A stretch of 64,000 nt of DNA. It comes from an uncultured Acidobacteriota bacterium (GTDB taxonomy: Bacteria > Acidobacteriota > Thermoanaerobaculia > UBA5066). The notes under the pieces are model-generated. The model was given only the letters and a program-made list of their open reading frames with translations. It searched no databases and was not told where the DNA came from. Both the position numbers and the translations under genes were made by a program. The stretch is from contig CAVZYA010000001.1 of assembly GCA_963779415.1 (NCBI GenBank), forward strand, positions 1,376,001 through 1,440,000, in the 5' to 3' direction. Positions 1-9,073 of the stretch are shown one piece after another. Positions within the stretch are counted from its first letter, which is position 1. Each line of letters begins with the position of its first letter.

Positions 1-624
1 CCTGTCACCGCCGTCCAGACGAAGGAGTCGCAGTCGGCGCTGAAGCCTGCCGACGCGCTGAAGATGCTGAGAGACGGCAACCAGCGCTTCGCGACGGGCC
101 ATAGCCTCGGGCGGGACCTCACCTCGCAGGTGAAAGGGACCGCGAAGGGCCAGTATCCATTCGCGGCGATCCTGAGCTGCATGGACTCGCGCGCGCCCGC
201 GGAGCTTGTGTTCGACCAGGGAATCGGCGATGTCTTCTCCATTCGGGTGGCGGGAAACGTCGTGGACGGGGACGACCTCGGAAGCCTGGAATATGCCGCG
301 AAGGTGGCCGGCGTGAAGCTGATTGTCGTGATGGGCCACTCGAGTTGCGGAGCCGTCAAGGGCGCGATCGAAGACGTCAAGCTCGGCAACCTCACGGCGC
401 TCCTCGCGAAGATCCGTCCGTCCGTCAAGAGCACGGGCGGGAAGGCGGATGCGAAAAACGACGCATTCGTGACGAAGGTGGCCGAGGCTAACGTTCGCCA
501 CTCCATGAAGGAGATTCGGGAAAAGAGCCCGGTCCTCAAGGCGCTCATCGACTCCGGCGCCATCGGGCTCGTAGGCGCGATGTACGACGTCGAGACCGGC
601 AAGGTGACGTTCTACTCGGACTGA
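1..624 (+). CDS. beta-class carbonic anhydrase (5' end outside window)
   Basis: Open from base 1; CMDSR and HSSCGAV zinc motifs, FDQGIGDVFSIRVAGN. Confidence 0.93.
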   Translation, partial: PVTAVQTKESQSALKPADALKMLRDGNQRFATGHSLGRDLTSQVKGTAKGQYPFAAILSCMDSRAPAELVFDQGIGDVFSIRVAGNVVDGDDLGSLEYAAKVAGVKLIVVMGHSSCGAVKGAIEDVKLGNLTALLAKIRPSVKSTGGKADAKNDAFVTKVAEANVRHSMKEIREKSPVLKALIDSGAIGLVGAMYDVETGKVTFYSD

Positions 625-1194
625 GAGGCCGCACGGCAGCGGTTCGGCCCGGCCAAGATCGCAGGGCTCTTCGTCGGCTTCGCCGGGGCGGTCCTGGTGG
701 TCACACGCGGCAAGCTCGGCGCGGGCCTGCTGGCGCTCCCGGCGACCCGCGGCGACCTCCTGATCCTCGCCAGCACGGTCAACTGGGCGCTCTACACCGT
801 CCTCGGCCACTCGACCATCCGCCGTCTCGGCCCCACGCGGGCCACCGCCGGGACCATGCTCCTCGGCTGGCTGATGCTGGTGCCGCCGTTCGTCGCGGGC
901 GCGGGCTGGAAAGACTACGCGCGCCTCTCGCCGGCCAGGTGGCTGGCGGTCATCTTCCTCGGCCTCGCCTGCTCGGGCCTGGGCTACCTGTTCTGGTACG
1001 GCGCCCTGGAGCGCGTCGAGGCCTCGCGCGTGGCCGCGCTGCTCTACCTCGAGCCCCTGGTCACCCTGGCCGCAGCGGTCGTGCTCCTGGGAGAGCCAGT
1101 CCCGATCACCACAGTGGCCGGCGGCCTGCTGGTGGTCGGGGGCGTGTTGCTTGTCCAGACCGCCCGGAACGCGAGCCCGCCCGTGTCCCCCTGA
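625..1194 (+). pseudogene. 5'-truncated DMT/EamA family transporter
   Basis: Only the end of the first EamA repeat (KIAGLFVGFAGAVLV) and the second repeat (GLGYLFWYGAL..LEPLV) are present; begins right after the CA stop with no good start or RBS. Confidence 0.7.
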
Positions 1195-1243
1195 CCCCGT
1201 TCCGACTCGAGGCGAGCCGTATCATCGGGCCGGGGCAGATCAA

Positions 1244-3112
1244 ATGAAGCGCCTCATCCCAGCAATCGCGGCCTTGACGGCTTCGCTCGCGCTCGCGCAG
1301 ACGACGGACATCAGCTCGTACCGCTTCGACTTCTCCCGCCTTTTCCCGACGCCCGAGGCGGAGAAGGCAGACCGGCACTCCCTCGAAAAGACGCTCGGAG
1401 CGCTGGAGGAGCTGCGGGGAAAGGTCGGAAGCAGCTCGCAGAATCTGGCCCGGGCGCTCGAGCTGCGCGACCTCGCGAGGACGCAGTTCTTCCGGCACTA
1501 CATCTATCTGAACCTGCGCGATTCGGTCGATACGTCGAACGCGTCGTGGCAGAGCGAGGCTGAGTCGCTCGACGACGAGGTCAAGGAGAGGACGGCGTTC
1601 CTCGATGACGAGCTTCAAGGGCTGTCGGACGATCTGCTGACGCGATTGGAGCGGGAAAGGCCGGAGCTGGCGCGGTACCGATTCGCCATCGAATCACTTC
1701 GACGCTACCGCGACCATCACCTCTCGGCCGCAGAGGAGAAGGTCTTCATCGCGACCGCGCCGCTCGGCCGCGACTGGCAGTGGGACCTGCACGAGCTGCT
1801 CGTCGCGCGAACGGATTTCGGCACGGTCAACGTGGGCGGAAAGCCCCTCGACGTGCTGCGCGACCGCCTGGCCATCGCGGCGGCCCCCGATCGCTCCGCG
1901 CGCGAGGAGGGATTCCGGAAGCGTTACGCCGGATTCGCCGCACAGCGCGACCTCTACGCGTTCGTTCTCAGGAGCCTGGCGGCATCGCGCAACGCACTGG
2001 CCAAGGTCCACCGCTTCGAGGACGACGCCGCGTGCCGGTACTTCGCCCGGTACTGGACGAAGTCCGATGTGACCAGCCTGCTCGAACGGGTCGCAGAGCG
2101 CGCCGAGGTCTACAAGGGCTACCAGAGGCTGCGCGCCGAGCACATCCGGAGAACGATGAGGTACGAAGAGGTCAACGCTTGGGACATGGAGGCGCGCCCT
2201 TCCGACGTGCTGGTGCCCTGGTTCGGCATCGACGAGGCCCGCGACATCCTCCTGGCGGCGACCGGGCCGCTCGGCACCGACTACCACGGCGAGCTCGCCG
2301 GGCTCCTCGATCCGGCCAGCGGCCGGATGGACATCGTTCCCGGTCCTCACCGCAGATCCGGAGGTTTCAGCCAGGGTTATGTCGGTACAGACAGTCTCTT
2401 CTTCAGCGGCGGCTTTACGGGCTCGTACAACGACGTTCGCGTCCTCATGCACGAGTCGACGCATGCAGTGCAGCGCCAACTAATGAACGCCCATCACGTC
2501 CTGCCATCCTATTTCGACGGTCCGCACTACCTCGCGGAAGCGTACGCGATCTTCAATGAGCTGCTCCTTGCCGACTACCTCTACGCGCGCGAGAAGGACC
2601 CTCTGCGACGCGTCTTCTATGCCGAGCAGTTTCTCGACGGGAAGGGAATGGCGGCCTTCGTCGTGGCGCCGGAGGCGGAGCTGGAGCAGGCCGTCTACGA
2701 CGGCGTCACACGCGGGACCATCCGGAACGCCGACGATCTCGACGCGCTGACGAAACGCGTCTACGGCCGCTACTCGATCTGGCCGGCGAGGCACGATGAG
2801 CTGAAGTCGCAGTGGGCGATCGTGCCGTTGATGTACGAAGACCCTTTCTACGACGTCAACTACGTGTACGGCGCGCTGATCGGTCTGCGCCTCTATGCGA
2901 TGTACGCCAAGGACCCGGTGGCGTTCGCCCCACGCTATGTCGCTGCGCTCCGAGAGGGCTACGACGCGCCGCCGGCGACCTTGCTGCTTCGCAATTTCGG
3001 AATCGACCTGAAAGGGCCGGGCCTCGTCGGCGATGCGGTCACGATTCTGGAGGCCAGGGTCGACGCTCTCGCCCGTGACTACGGCATCGACGTCCGCCCG
3101 CAGAAGCGGTAA
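1244..3112 (+). CDS. M3 family oligoendopeptidase F-like peptidase with signal peptide
   Basis: MKRLIPAIAALTASLALA signal; HESTH zincin motif followed by AE..AIFNE; FYDVNYVYG. Confidence 0.85.
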   Translation: MKRLIPAIAALTASLALAQTTDISSYRFDFSRLFPTPEAEKADRHSLEKTLGALEELRGKVGSSSQNLARALELRDLARTQFFRHYIYLNLRDSVDTSNASWQSEAESLDDEVKERTAFLDDELQGLSDDLLTRLERERPELARYRFAIESLRRYRDHHLSAAEEKVFIATAPLGRDWQWDLHELLVARTDFGTVNVGGKPLDVLRDRLAIAAAPDRSAREEGFRKRYAGFAAQRDLYAFVLRSLAASRNALAKVHRFEDDAACRYFARYWTKSDVTSLLERVAERAEVYKGYQRLRAEHIRRTMRYEEVNAWDMEARPSDVLVPWFGIDEARDILLAATGPLGTDYHGELAGLLDPASGRMDIVPGPHRRSGGFSQGYVGTDSLFFSGGFTGSYNDVRVLMHESTHAVQRQLMNAHHVLPSYFDGPHYLAEAYAIFNELLLADYLYAREKDPLRRVFYAEQFLDGKGMAAFVVAPEAELEQAVYDGVTRGTIRNADDLDALTKRVYGRYSIWPARHDELKSQWAIVPLMYEDPFYDVNYVYGALIGLRLYAMYAKDPVAFAPRYVAALREGYDAPPATLLLRNFGIDLKGPGLVGDAVTILEARVDALARDYGIDVRPQKR

Positions 3113-3333
3113 ACCGGCTCCGACCTCCCAGAGCCGACCGCAGAATCGGGCCGCGGAAGATGCCAAAGAGCTCCTCGCCGCCGGAGGTCTCGGTCAGGAC
3201 GTGGTCGTCCTCCGTCGGCTCCTCCTCCACGGCGATGACGGATTCCTCGAAGCGGTCCTTGAATCCCCGGAGCGTCGCCATGAGTTCCCCGGGCGGGTCC
3301 CGTGCCACTCAGTATCGCGACGCTCCAGTAGAA

Positions 3334-3479
3334 GGGGTCTGAACGCTATGTAAGCATACTGCAGAAATGGGACCTGACCCCAACGCCACTTGACCCCAAC
3401 GCCACTCGCATCTTCGACGAGAGTAATCCGCCGGCCGGAACACACGAGGCGTCGCTCAGCATCATTGGGGTCTGACCCC
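3334..3479. repeat. REP-like cluster: GGGGTCTGA...GGACCTGACCCC, 2x16-bp tandem TGACCCCAACGCCACT, palindrome GGGGTCTGACCCC
   Basis: Read directly: tandem units 3375-3390 and 3391-3406; palindrome 3467-3479. Confidence 0.8.
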
Positions 3480-3487
3480 GCTTCCAC

Positions 3488-4462
3488 TTACACGTCATGG
3501 TGTTCGATGGTTATTACGACCTTACCTTTGGCATGTCCATCTTCGAGATAGCGGACCGCTTCAGCCACGTCGCCGAGCGGGTAGCGTCTGTCGATGACGG
3601 GAGCGACCTTTCCGGCCGCAAGAAGGTCGCCCAGAAAATCCAAGTCTTCCCTGGTTATCTTCGCGATGAAGAACGTCATCTTCCTGCTGTCGATCCATGA
3701 CAGCAGGGGTCCCAGGACCATTCCCTGAAGAATCTGGGGCCAGCCGCCTCCGACCATGACGTACGTCCCGTCCCGACCGAGAGCACGCCTGTAATCGAAG
3801 ATCGAGCGATGCGAGTTCGCGCCGATGATCAGGTCGTAACGAAGGCCGCTTCGCGTGAAGTCTTCCCGGGTGTAATCGATGACCTGATCAGCGCCGAGCG
3901 ATCGCGCCCTGTCCACGTTCCCCGTGCTGCAGACGGCCGTGACGTCGGCTCCGAACGATTTCGCGATCTGGACCGCGAACGTGCCCACGCCGCCGGACGC
4001 CCCCTCGATCAGGACCTTCTGGCCGGGATGGATGCCTCCCTTGTCACGCAGAGCCTGCAGCGCGCTCATGGCCGCCACGGGGACCGCAGCCGCCTCCTCG
4101 AACGAGAGGTTGGCGGGCTTCAGGGCCAGTTTGTCCTCGGCGGCACACGCATACTCGGCGAAGGCCCCCCGACATACGCCGAAGACCTCATCGCCCGGCT
4201 TGAACCCGGTTACGGACGGGTCAACCGCTTCAACCCGGCCTGCGACATCCACGCCCGGTCGTGTGATCTTCGGCCTGCGAAGTCCCCCGATCATCAGGCG
4301 GGTGAACGCGGGCTTGCCTCTCAGGAGGCGCCAGTCGAGCGGATTCACGGAGGCCGCCCGAATCCTTATCAGGACTTCGTGCTCCTTTGGGGTCGGTTCT
4401 TCGACCTCCGTGAGTTTCAGGACGTCCGAGGAACCGTATTCCGTATTTATGATCGCTTTCAT
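3488..4462 (-). CDS. NAD(P)-dependent alcohol dehydrogenase / quinone oxidoreductase-like MDR protein
   Basis: AASVNPLD, GVDVAGRVEAV, GASGGVGTFAVQIAK, GHAKGKVVI. Confidence 0.9.
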   Translation of the reverse strand: MKAIINTEYGSSDVLKLTEVEEPTPKEHEVLIRIRAASVNPLDWRLLRGKPAFTRLMIGGLRRPKITRPGVDVAGRVEAVDPSVTGFKPGDEVFGVCRGAFAEYACAAEDKLALKPANLSFEEAAAVPVAAMSALQALRDKGGIHPGQKVLIEGASGGVGTFAVQIAKSFGADVTAVCSTGNVDRARSLGADQVIDYTREDFTRSGLRYDLIIGANSHRSIFDYRRALGRDGTYVMVGGGWPQILQGMVLGPLLSWIDSRKMTFFIAKITREDLDFLGDLLAAGKVAPVIDRRYPLGDVAEAVRYLEDGHAKGKVVITIEHHDV

Positions 4463-4507
4463 AAGCCGTTGTTCCTGCCATCTCTACTTCGTCTTAGGTA
4501 TAGCAGC

Positions 4508-4517
4508 AGTCTGACCC
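4508..4517 (+). repeat. Short REP-motif variant AGTCTGACCC
   Basis: Matches the AGACCTGACCC core; lies between divergent genes; CTACTTC occurs both upstream and immediately after. Confidence 0.45.
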
Positions 4518-4559
4518 TACTTCTACGCTGTAATCTCGGCCGGGATGCAGCCAGAGCCG

Positions 4560-5741
4560 ATGGACGCGCACGCTTCTGGACCGCAGGGATGGGTGCTCTA
4601 CGACGGCGGCTGCGGCGTCTGCGCGAGGTGGGTTCCGTTCTGGGGGCCCACGCTGGGACGGCTCGGCCTCGCCGTCGCGCCGCTCCAGGAGCCGTGGGTG
4701 GCCGCCCGGGTCGGCGTCCCGCCCGACGCCCTGCTGACAGACATCCGGCTCCTGTTCCGCGATGGTCGGCAGCTCGCGGGCGCCGATGTCTATCGGTACG
4801 TGATGCGGCGACTCTGGTGGGCCACACCGCTCTACCTCCTGGCCGCCGCGCCCTGCCTCCGCCAGCTCTTCGACGGCGCGTACCGGGCCTTCGCCGACCA
4901 CCGGCACCGGATTTCCAGGGCCTGCGGCCTGGGTCCGGAGGCGCACGAAGCGTCGGATTCGCCGGTCCGTGGTGTCGTTTCCTTACCGTATCGAAGGGCA
5001 TTTCTCACCGCCGAGTGGCGCTACCTCGTCATGCTGAACTACGAGGTGGATCCCCGAATTCTCGAGCCGCTCGTCCCGATTGGCACTGTGCTCGACCTGT
5101 GGCAGGGGCGGGCGCTCGTCAGCGTAGTGGGATTCAGGTTTCTGAGGGCGCGCCTTTTCGGTGTCGCGGTTCCTTTTCACCGGAGTTTCGACGAGGTAAA
5201 CCTCCGTTTCTACGTCCGGCGCCATCTCATGGAGGACGAAGTGCGCCGCGGCGTCGTCTTCGTGCGCGAGTTCGTGCCGCGCTCGGCCGTCGCGCTCCTC
5301 GCGCGGCTCGCCTACAACGAGCCGTATCGTGTCGTCCCGATGCGAAGCACGCTTCCGGAAGCGACGGTCGAAGCCTCTGGGCGGATCGCTTATGAATGGC
5401 GGACCGGGGAGAGCTGGGAACGCCTCGGCGCGGTCGCCACAGGTGCGGGCACGGTTCCGGCGCCGGAGTCGGAGGCGGCTTTCATTACCGGACACTATTG
5501 GGGCTACACGCGGCAGCGCGACGGGGGGACCGTCGAGTACGAAGTGGCGCATCCCGCATGGCGCGTCTGGAAGGCGGAGCGTCCGGAGCTTTCCGCCGAG
5601 CACCTCGGGCTTTTTGGCGACCCCTTCGCCCGGTCCCTCTCAGGGCCGCCAGTCTCGGCTTTCGTCGCCGACGGCTCGGCCGTCGTCGTCTATCCGCCGC
5701 GACGGTTGACATGCGGCGTGGATCGCACTGGCCGAACCTGA
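4560..5741 (+). CDS. DCC1-like (DUF393) thiol-disulfide oxidoreductase fused to DUF2071/YqjF domain
   Basis: N-term LYDGGCGVC; C-term FLTAEWRYLVMLNYEVDP..FDEVNLRFYVR..FITGHYWGYT; start 4545 or 4560. Confidence 0.75.
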   Translation: MDAHASGPQGWVLYDGGCGVCARWVPFWGPTLGRLGLAVAPLQEPWVAARVGVPPDALLTDIRLLFRDGRQLAGADVYRYVMRRLWWATPLYLLAAAPCLRQLFDGAYRAFADHRHRISRACGLGPEAHEASDSPVRGVVSLPYRRAFLTAEWRYLVMLNYEVDPRILEPLVPIGTVLDLWQGRALVSVVGFRFLRARLFGVAVPFHRSFDEVNLRFYVRRHLMEDEVRRGVVFVREFVPRSAVALLARLAYNEPYRVVPMRSTLPEATVEASGRIAYEWRTGESWERLGAVATGAGTVPAPESEAAFITGHYWGYTRQRDGGTVEYEVAHPAWRVWKAERPELSAEHLGLFGDPFARSLSGPPVSAFVADGSAVVVYPPRRLTCGVDRTGRT

Positions 5742-5777
5742 CGCCGTGGCCAGGTCGCGTCCGTTCTCTTCGCCGCG

Positions 5778-6482
5778 TCACAACCCCAGGTAAGCCTCGC
5801 GGACGCGCTGGTTTTCGAGAAGCTCCGCGCCGGTGCCGGAGAGGACGACGCGCCCCGACTCGAGGACGAAGCCCCGGTGGGCGATGCGGAGGGCATGCTC
5901 GGTGTTCTGCTCCACGAGAAGCACCGTCACCCCCTGGCGGTTGATCTCCTCCACGACCTGGAACATCTCCTCTACGAGCACCGGCGCCAGCCCCAGGCTC
6001 GGCTCGTCGAGCATCAGGATCCGGGGCCCCGCCATCAGGCCGCGGCCGATGGCCACCATCTGCTGCTCGCCCCCCGAGAGGGTCCCGGCCATCTGCCCCT
6101 GCCGCTCGCGGAGCTTCGGGAAGATGCCGAAGACAGTCTCCAGCCGCTCCGCCTGACGGGTCCGCGCCGAGGCGTGGAAGCCCCCGAGGAGGAGGTTGTC
6201 CCGCACCGTCATCTCGGGAAAGAGCTTTCTCCCCTCGGGAACGTGGATGACGCCCCGCTCGACGATCTCCATCGTGGAGCGGCTCTCCAGCGGATCTCCT
6301 TCCAGCCGGATCGTCCCGCCCTCGGGTTTGAGGAGCCCCGAAATCGCCTTCAGCGTCGTCGTCTTCCCCGCTCCGTTCGCGCCGACGAGCGCCACGATCT
6401 CGCCGGGCTGGACATCGAAGCCGACGTCCCAGAGGGCGGTGACCTGCCCGTAGCGGACCTTCAGCCCCTCGACGTGCAGCAT
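5778..6482 (-). CDS. livF: branched-chain amino acid ABC transporter ATPase, LivF type
   Basis: GANGAGKTT, LSGGEQQMVAIGRGL, LDEPSLGLAP. Confidence 0.92.
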   Translation of the reverse strand: MLHVEGLKVRYGQVTALWDVGFDVQPGEIVALVGANGAGKTTTLKAISGLLKPEGGTIRLEGDPLESRSTMEIVERGVIHVPEGRKLFPEMTVRDNLLLGGFHASARTRQAERLETVFGIFPKLRERQGQMAGTLSGGEQQMVAIGRGLMAGPRILMLDEPSLGLAPVLVEEMFQVVEEINRQGVTVLLVEQNTEHALRIAHRGFVLESGRVVLSGTGAELLENQRVREAYLGL

Positions 6483-8164
6483 CACGCCACCCGTTTCCCG
6501 AAGTAGGCGGCCAGGACCGCGGGCTCCTCCACGACGCGAGCCGGGAGCCCCTCCGCGATCTTCTCCCCCTGGTTGATCACGACCACGCGGTCGCTGATCC
6601 GCATGATCGCCTTCATGACGTGCTCCACCAGGACGATCGTCACGCCCGATGCGCGGATCCGATTGACGAGATCCGAGGCCACGTCGACTTCCGTGGCGTT
6701 CAGCCCCCCCATCGGCTCGTCCAGGAGCAGGAGGCGGGGCCCCGTGGCCAGCGCCTTGGCCATCTCGAGGCGTTTCTGGTCCATCAGCGTCAGCCGGCTC
6801 GCGATCTCGTCCGATCGGTCCGCGAGGCCGACCCGAGCCAGCACCGCCGTGGCGGCCGCTTCGGCGTCACTTCGAGCCGGGTGGCGAAGAAAGGCGGCCA
6901 GCGTCACGTTCTCCAGCGCCGAAAGGCCGGGGAACGGCTGGACGATCTGGAACGTCCGGGCGATTCCCCTCCGCGCCACCGCGTGAGGCCGCATCCCCAC
7001 GACGCTCTGCCCGTCGAGCCGGATCGCTCCCGCGTGGGGGCGGATGAAGCCGGTGACGAGGTTGAAGACCGTCGTCTTCCCGGAGCCGTTCGGCCCGATG
7101 AGCCCCAGGATCTCCCCGTCGGTCACCAAGAAAGAGAGATCGGAGACGGCGCGTACGCCGCCGAAGTGTCGGGTCAGGCCCTGAACCTCGAGCAGCGCCA
7201 CGTCAGGCTCCCGCCTCGGAAGGCCGGTGGCGAGCCGGCGGACGCGGCCCCAGATCCCTTCCGGCATGAACCGGATCACCAGCATCATGAAGAGGCCATA
7301 GAGGATGAGATGGCCCATCGGGAAGCGGTCCCGGACCAGCTCGGCGACCGTCGTGAGGAAGACGGCGCCGACCAGCGGGCCGCCCACCGTTCCGAGCCCC
7401 CCGACGACCGCGATGAAGACCATCTCCATCGAGAGCCCGATGCCGGCGACGGCGTCCGGGTCGACGTACCGGAAGTAGAACGCGTAGAAGCCGCCCCCCA
7501 TGCCGGCAAGGAAAGCGGAAAGCGCCAGCGTGACGACCTTGGCACGGACCGTGTCGATCCCCACCGCCTCGGCGGCGTCCTCGTTCTCGCGGATGGCGAC
7601 GAGGTACGCGCCGAGCCGCGAGCGGCGCAGCCATCCGGTCGCGAGGAGGGCCACGACCGCGAGGAGCGCGGCCGCCACGTAAAAGGGGGTCTGCCCCTCC
7701 CAGTTCACCGCCAGGCCGAAGAGACGCACCGGCGGAAGCGTCGTGATGAGGTAGCCGACGGACCCAGCCGTGACGGATTCCCAGTTCAACGCCACGAGCT
7801 TGACGATCTCCGCCACCGCCAGAGTGGCGAGAGCGAAGTACGGGCCGCGCAGCCGGAAACAGAGGAGGCCGATCGGGACCGAGACGAGGGCCGCCATGAG
7901 GCCCCCGAGGGGAATTCCCCACCACGGCGCGAGGCCGCCCTTCAGGAAAAGGATGATCGTCGTGTAGGCACCTACCGCGAAGAGCGCGGCGTGCCCGAAC
8001 GAGACCTGTCCGGCGAAACCGCCGAGGACGTTCCAGGCCGCGCCGAGGAGCGTCCACATCAGGATGAGGATGCAGACGTGAAGGAAGAACGAGTTCCGGA
8101 TGGAAAGTGGAATGGCGACGAGGACGGCGACGCCCGCGAGCGCGGGCAGGAACCGGCGCGTCAC
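6482..8164 (-). CDS. LivM permease in frame with LivG ATPase
   Basis: GQVSFGHA and RLRGPYFALATLA, then GPNGSGKTT and LLDEPMGGL in one frame; GTG start overlaps the livH stop. Confidence 0.85.
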   Translation of the reverse strand: MTRRFLPALAGVAVLVAIPLSIRNSFFLHVCILILMWTLLGAAWNVLGGFAGQVSFGHAALFAVGAYTTIILFLKGGLAPWWGIPLGGLMAALVSVPIGLLCFRLRGPYFALATLAVAEIVKLVALNWESVTAGSVGYLITTLPPVRLFGLAVNWEGQTPFYVAAALLAVVALLATGWLRRSRLGAYLVAIRENEDAAEAVGIDTVRAKVVTLALSAFLAGMGGGFYAFYFRYVDPDAVAGIGLSMEMVFIAVVGGLGTVGGPLVGAVFLTTVAELVRDRFPMGHLILYGLFMMLVIRFMPEGIWGRVRRLATGLPRREPDVALLEVQGLTRHFGGVRAVSDLSFLVTDGEILGLIGPNGSGKTTVFNLVTGFIRPHAGAIRLDGQSVVGMRPHAVARRGIARTFQIVQPFPGLSALENVTLAAFLRHPARSDAEAAATAVLARVGLADRSDEIASRLTLMDQKRLEMAKALATGPRLLLLDEPMGGLNATEVDVASDLVNRIRASGVTIVLVEHVMKAIMRISDRVVVINQGEKIAEGLPARVVEEPAVLAAYFGKRVA

Positions 8165-9024
8165 TTCCCCGTCCCAAAGAGCCCCGACGGCCGGTAGAGG
8201 AGGACGGCCAGGAAGAGAACGAAGCCGATCCCGTCCTTGTAGGTGCCGGAAACGTAGACCGCGCCGAGCGACTCGACGACGCCGAGGAGGATCCCTCCCG
8301 CGATGGCTCCCGGGACCGATCCGAGACCCCCGAGCACCACGATGACGAAGCACTTGACGATGAGCAGCTCCCCCACCGTCGGGTAGAGGTAGAGCGACGG
8401 GGCGAGAAGAACGCCTGCGGCGCCCGCCAGCGCCGTCCCGAGGCCGAACGTGACCATCGACACGCGCTCCACGTCGATTCCCATCAGGACGGCCGCCTCG
8501 GCGCTCTGGCTCGTGGCGCGGATGGCACGTCCCAGATCGGTCCGCGAAAGGAAGAGCCAGAGCGCCACCGTGACGAGGATGGCCAGGACGAACGCGATGG
8601 CGAGCGGAACGGCGATAACGATCCCCAGCGGGCGGAGCGGTGTGATCCCGTACGACAGGGAGATCGTCCGGTAGTCGCCGGTCCAGACGAAGAGGGCGAG
8701 GTTGGCGATGAGAAGCGACAGGCCGGCCGTGTAGAGGAGGGTGTTCAGCTCTCCGCCGGGAATGATCTTCCGGAGGAGAAACCGGTAGACGAGAGTCCCG
8801 AGAAGGAACATGAGAGGGGTCCAGACGAGGATCGAGACGAAGGGGTCCAACTTCCAGAGCGCCTGGCCCCAGAAGGCCCCGAACATCCCCAGCATCACCA
8901 TCTCGCCGTGGGCGAGGTTGATGATCCGCATCACCCCGAAGACCACGGTGAGCCCGATGCCGATCATGGCGTAGAGGGCCCCCGTCAGGACCCCGCTCAC
9001 CAGGCTCTGGGCAAACGTCTCCAT
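8161..9024 (-). CDS. livH: branched-chain amino acid ABC permease LivH
   Basis: GLTVVFGVMRIINLAHGE, GRAIRATSQ, VLGGLGS. Confidence 0.92.
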   Translation of the reverse strand: METFAQSLVSGVLTGALYAMIGIGLTVVFGVMRIINLAHGEMVMLGMFGAFWGQALWKLDPFVSILVWTPLMFLLGTLVYRFLLRKIIPGGELNTLLYTAGLSLLIANLALFVWTGDYRTISLSYGITPLRPLGIVIAVPLAIAFVLAILVTVALWLFLSRTDLGRAIRATSQSAEAAVLMGIDVERVSMVTFGLGTALAGAAGVLLAPSLYLYPTVGELLIVKCFVIVVLGGLGSVPGAIAGGILLGVVESLGAVYVSGTYKDGIGFVLFLAVLLYRPSGLFGTGK

Positions 9025-9073
9025 CAGGTCAGGGTCGCCGGCCCGTCCCGCCGAAGACCGGCGGGCCCTGCCG

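Noticed and set aside
622-624. TGA read-through or selenocysteine fusing CA to DMT
   Set aside because: CA ends at its normal C-terminus; no evident SECIS; truncation is the simpler explanation.
3039-3308. Short acidic minus-strand ORF next to the REP cluster
   Set aside because: No recognisable family and it overlaps the peptidase 3' end; may be a gene fragment but I cannot support it.
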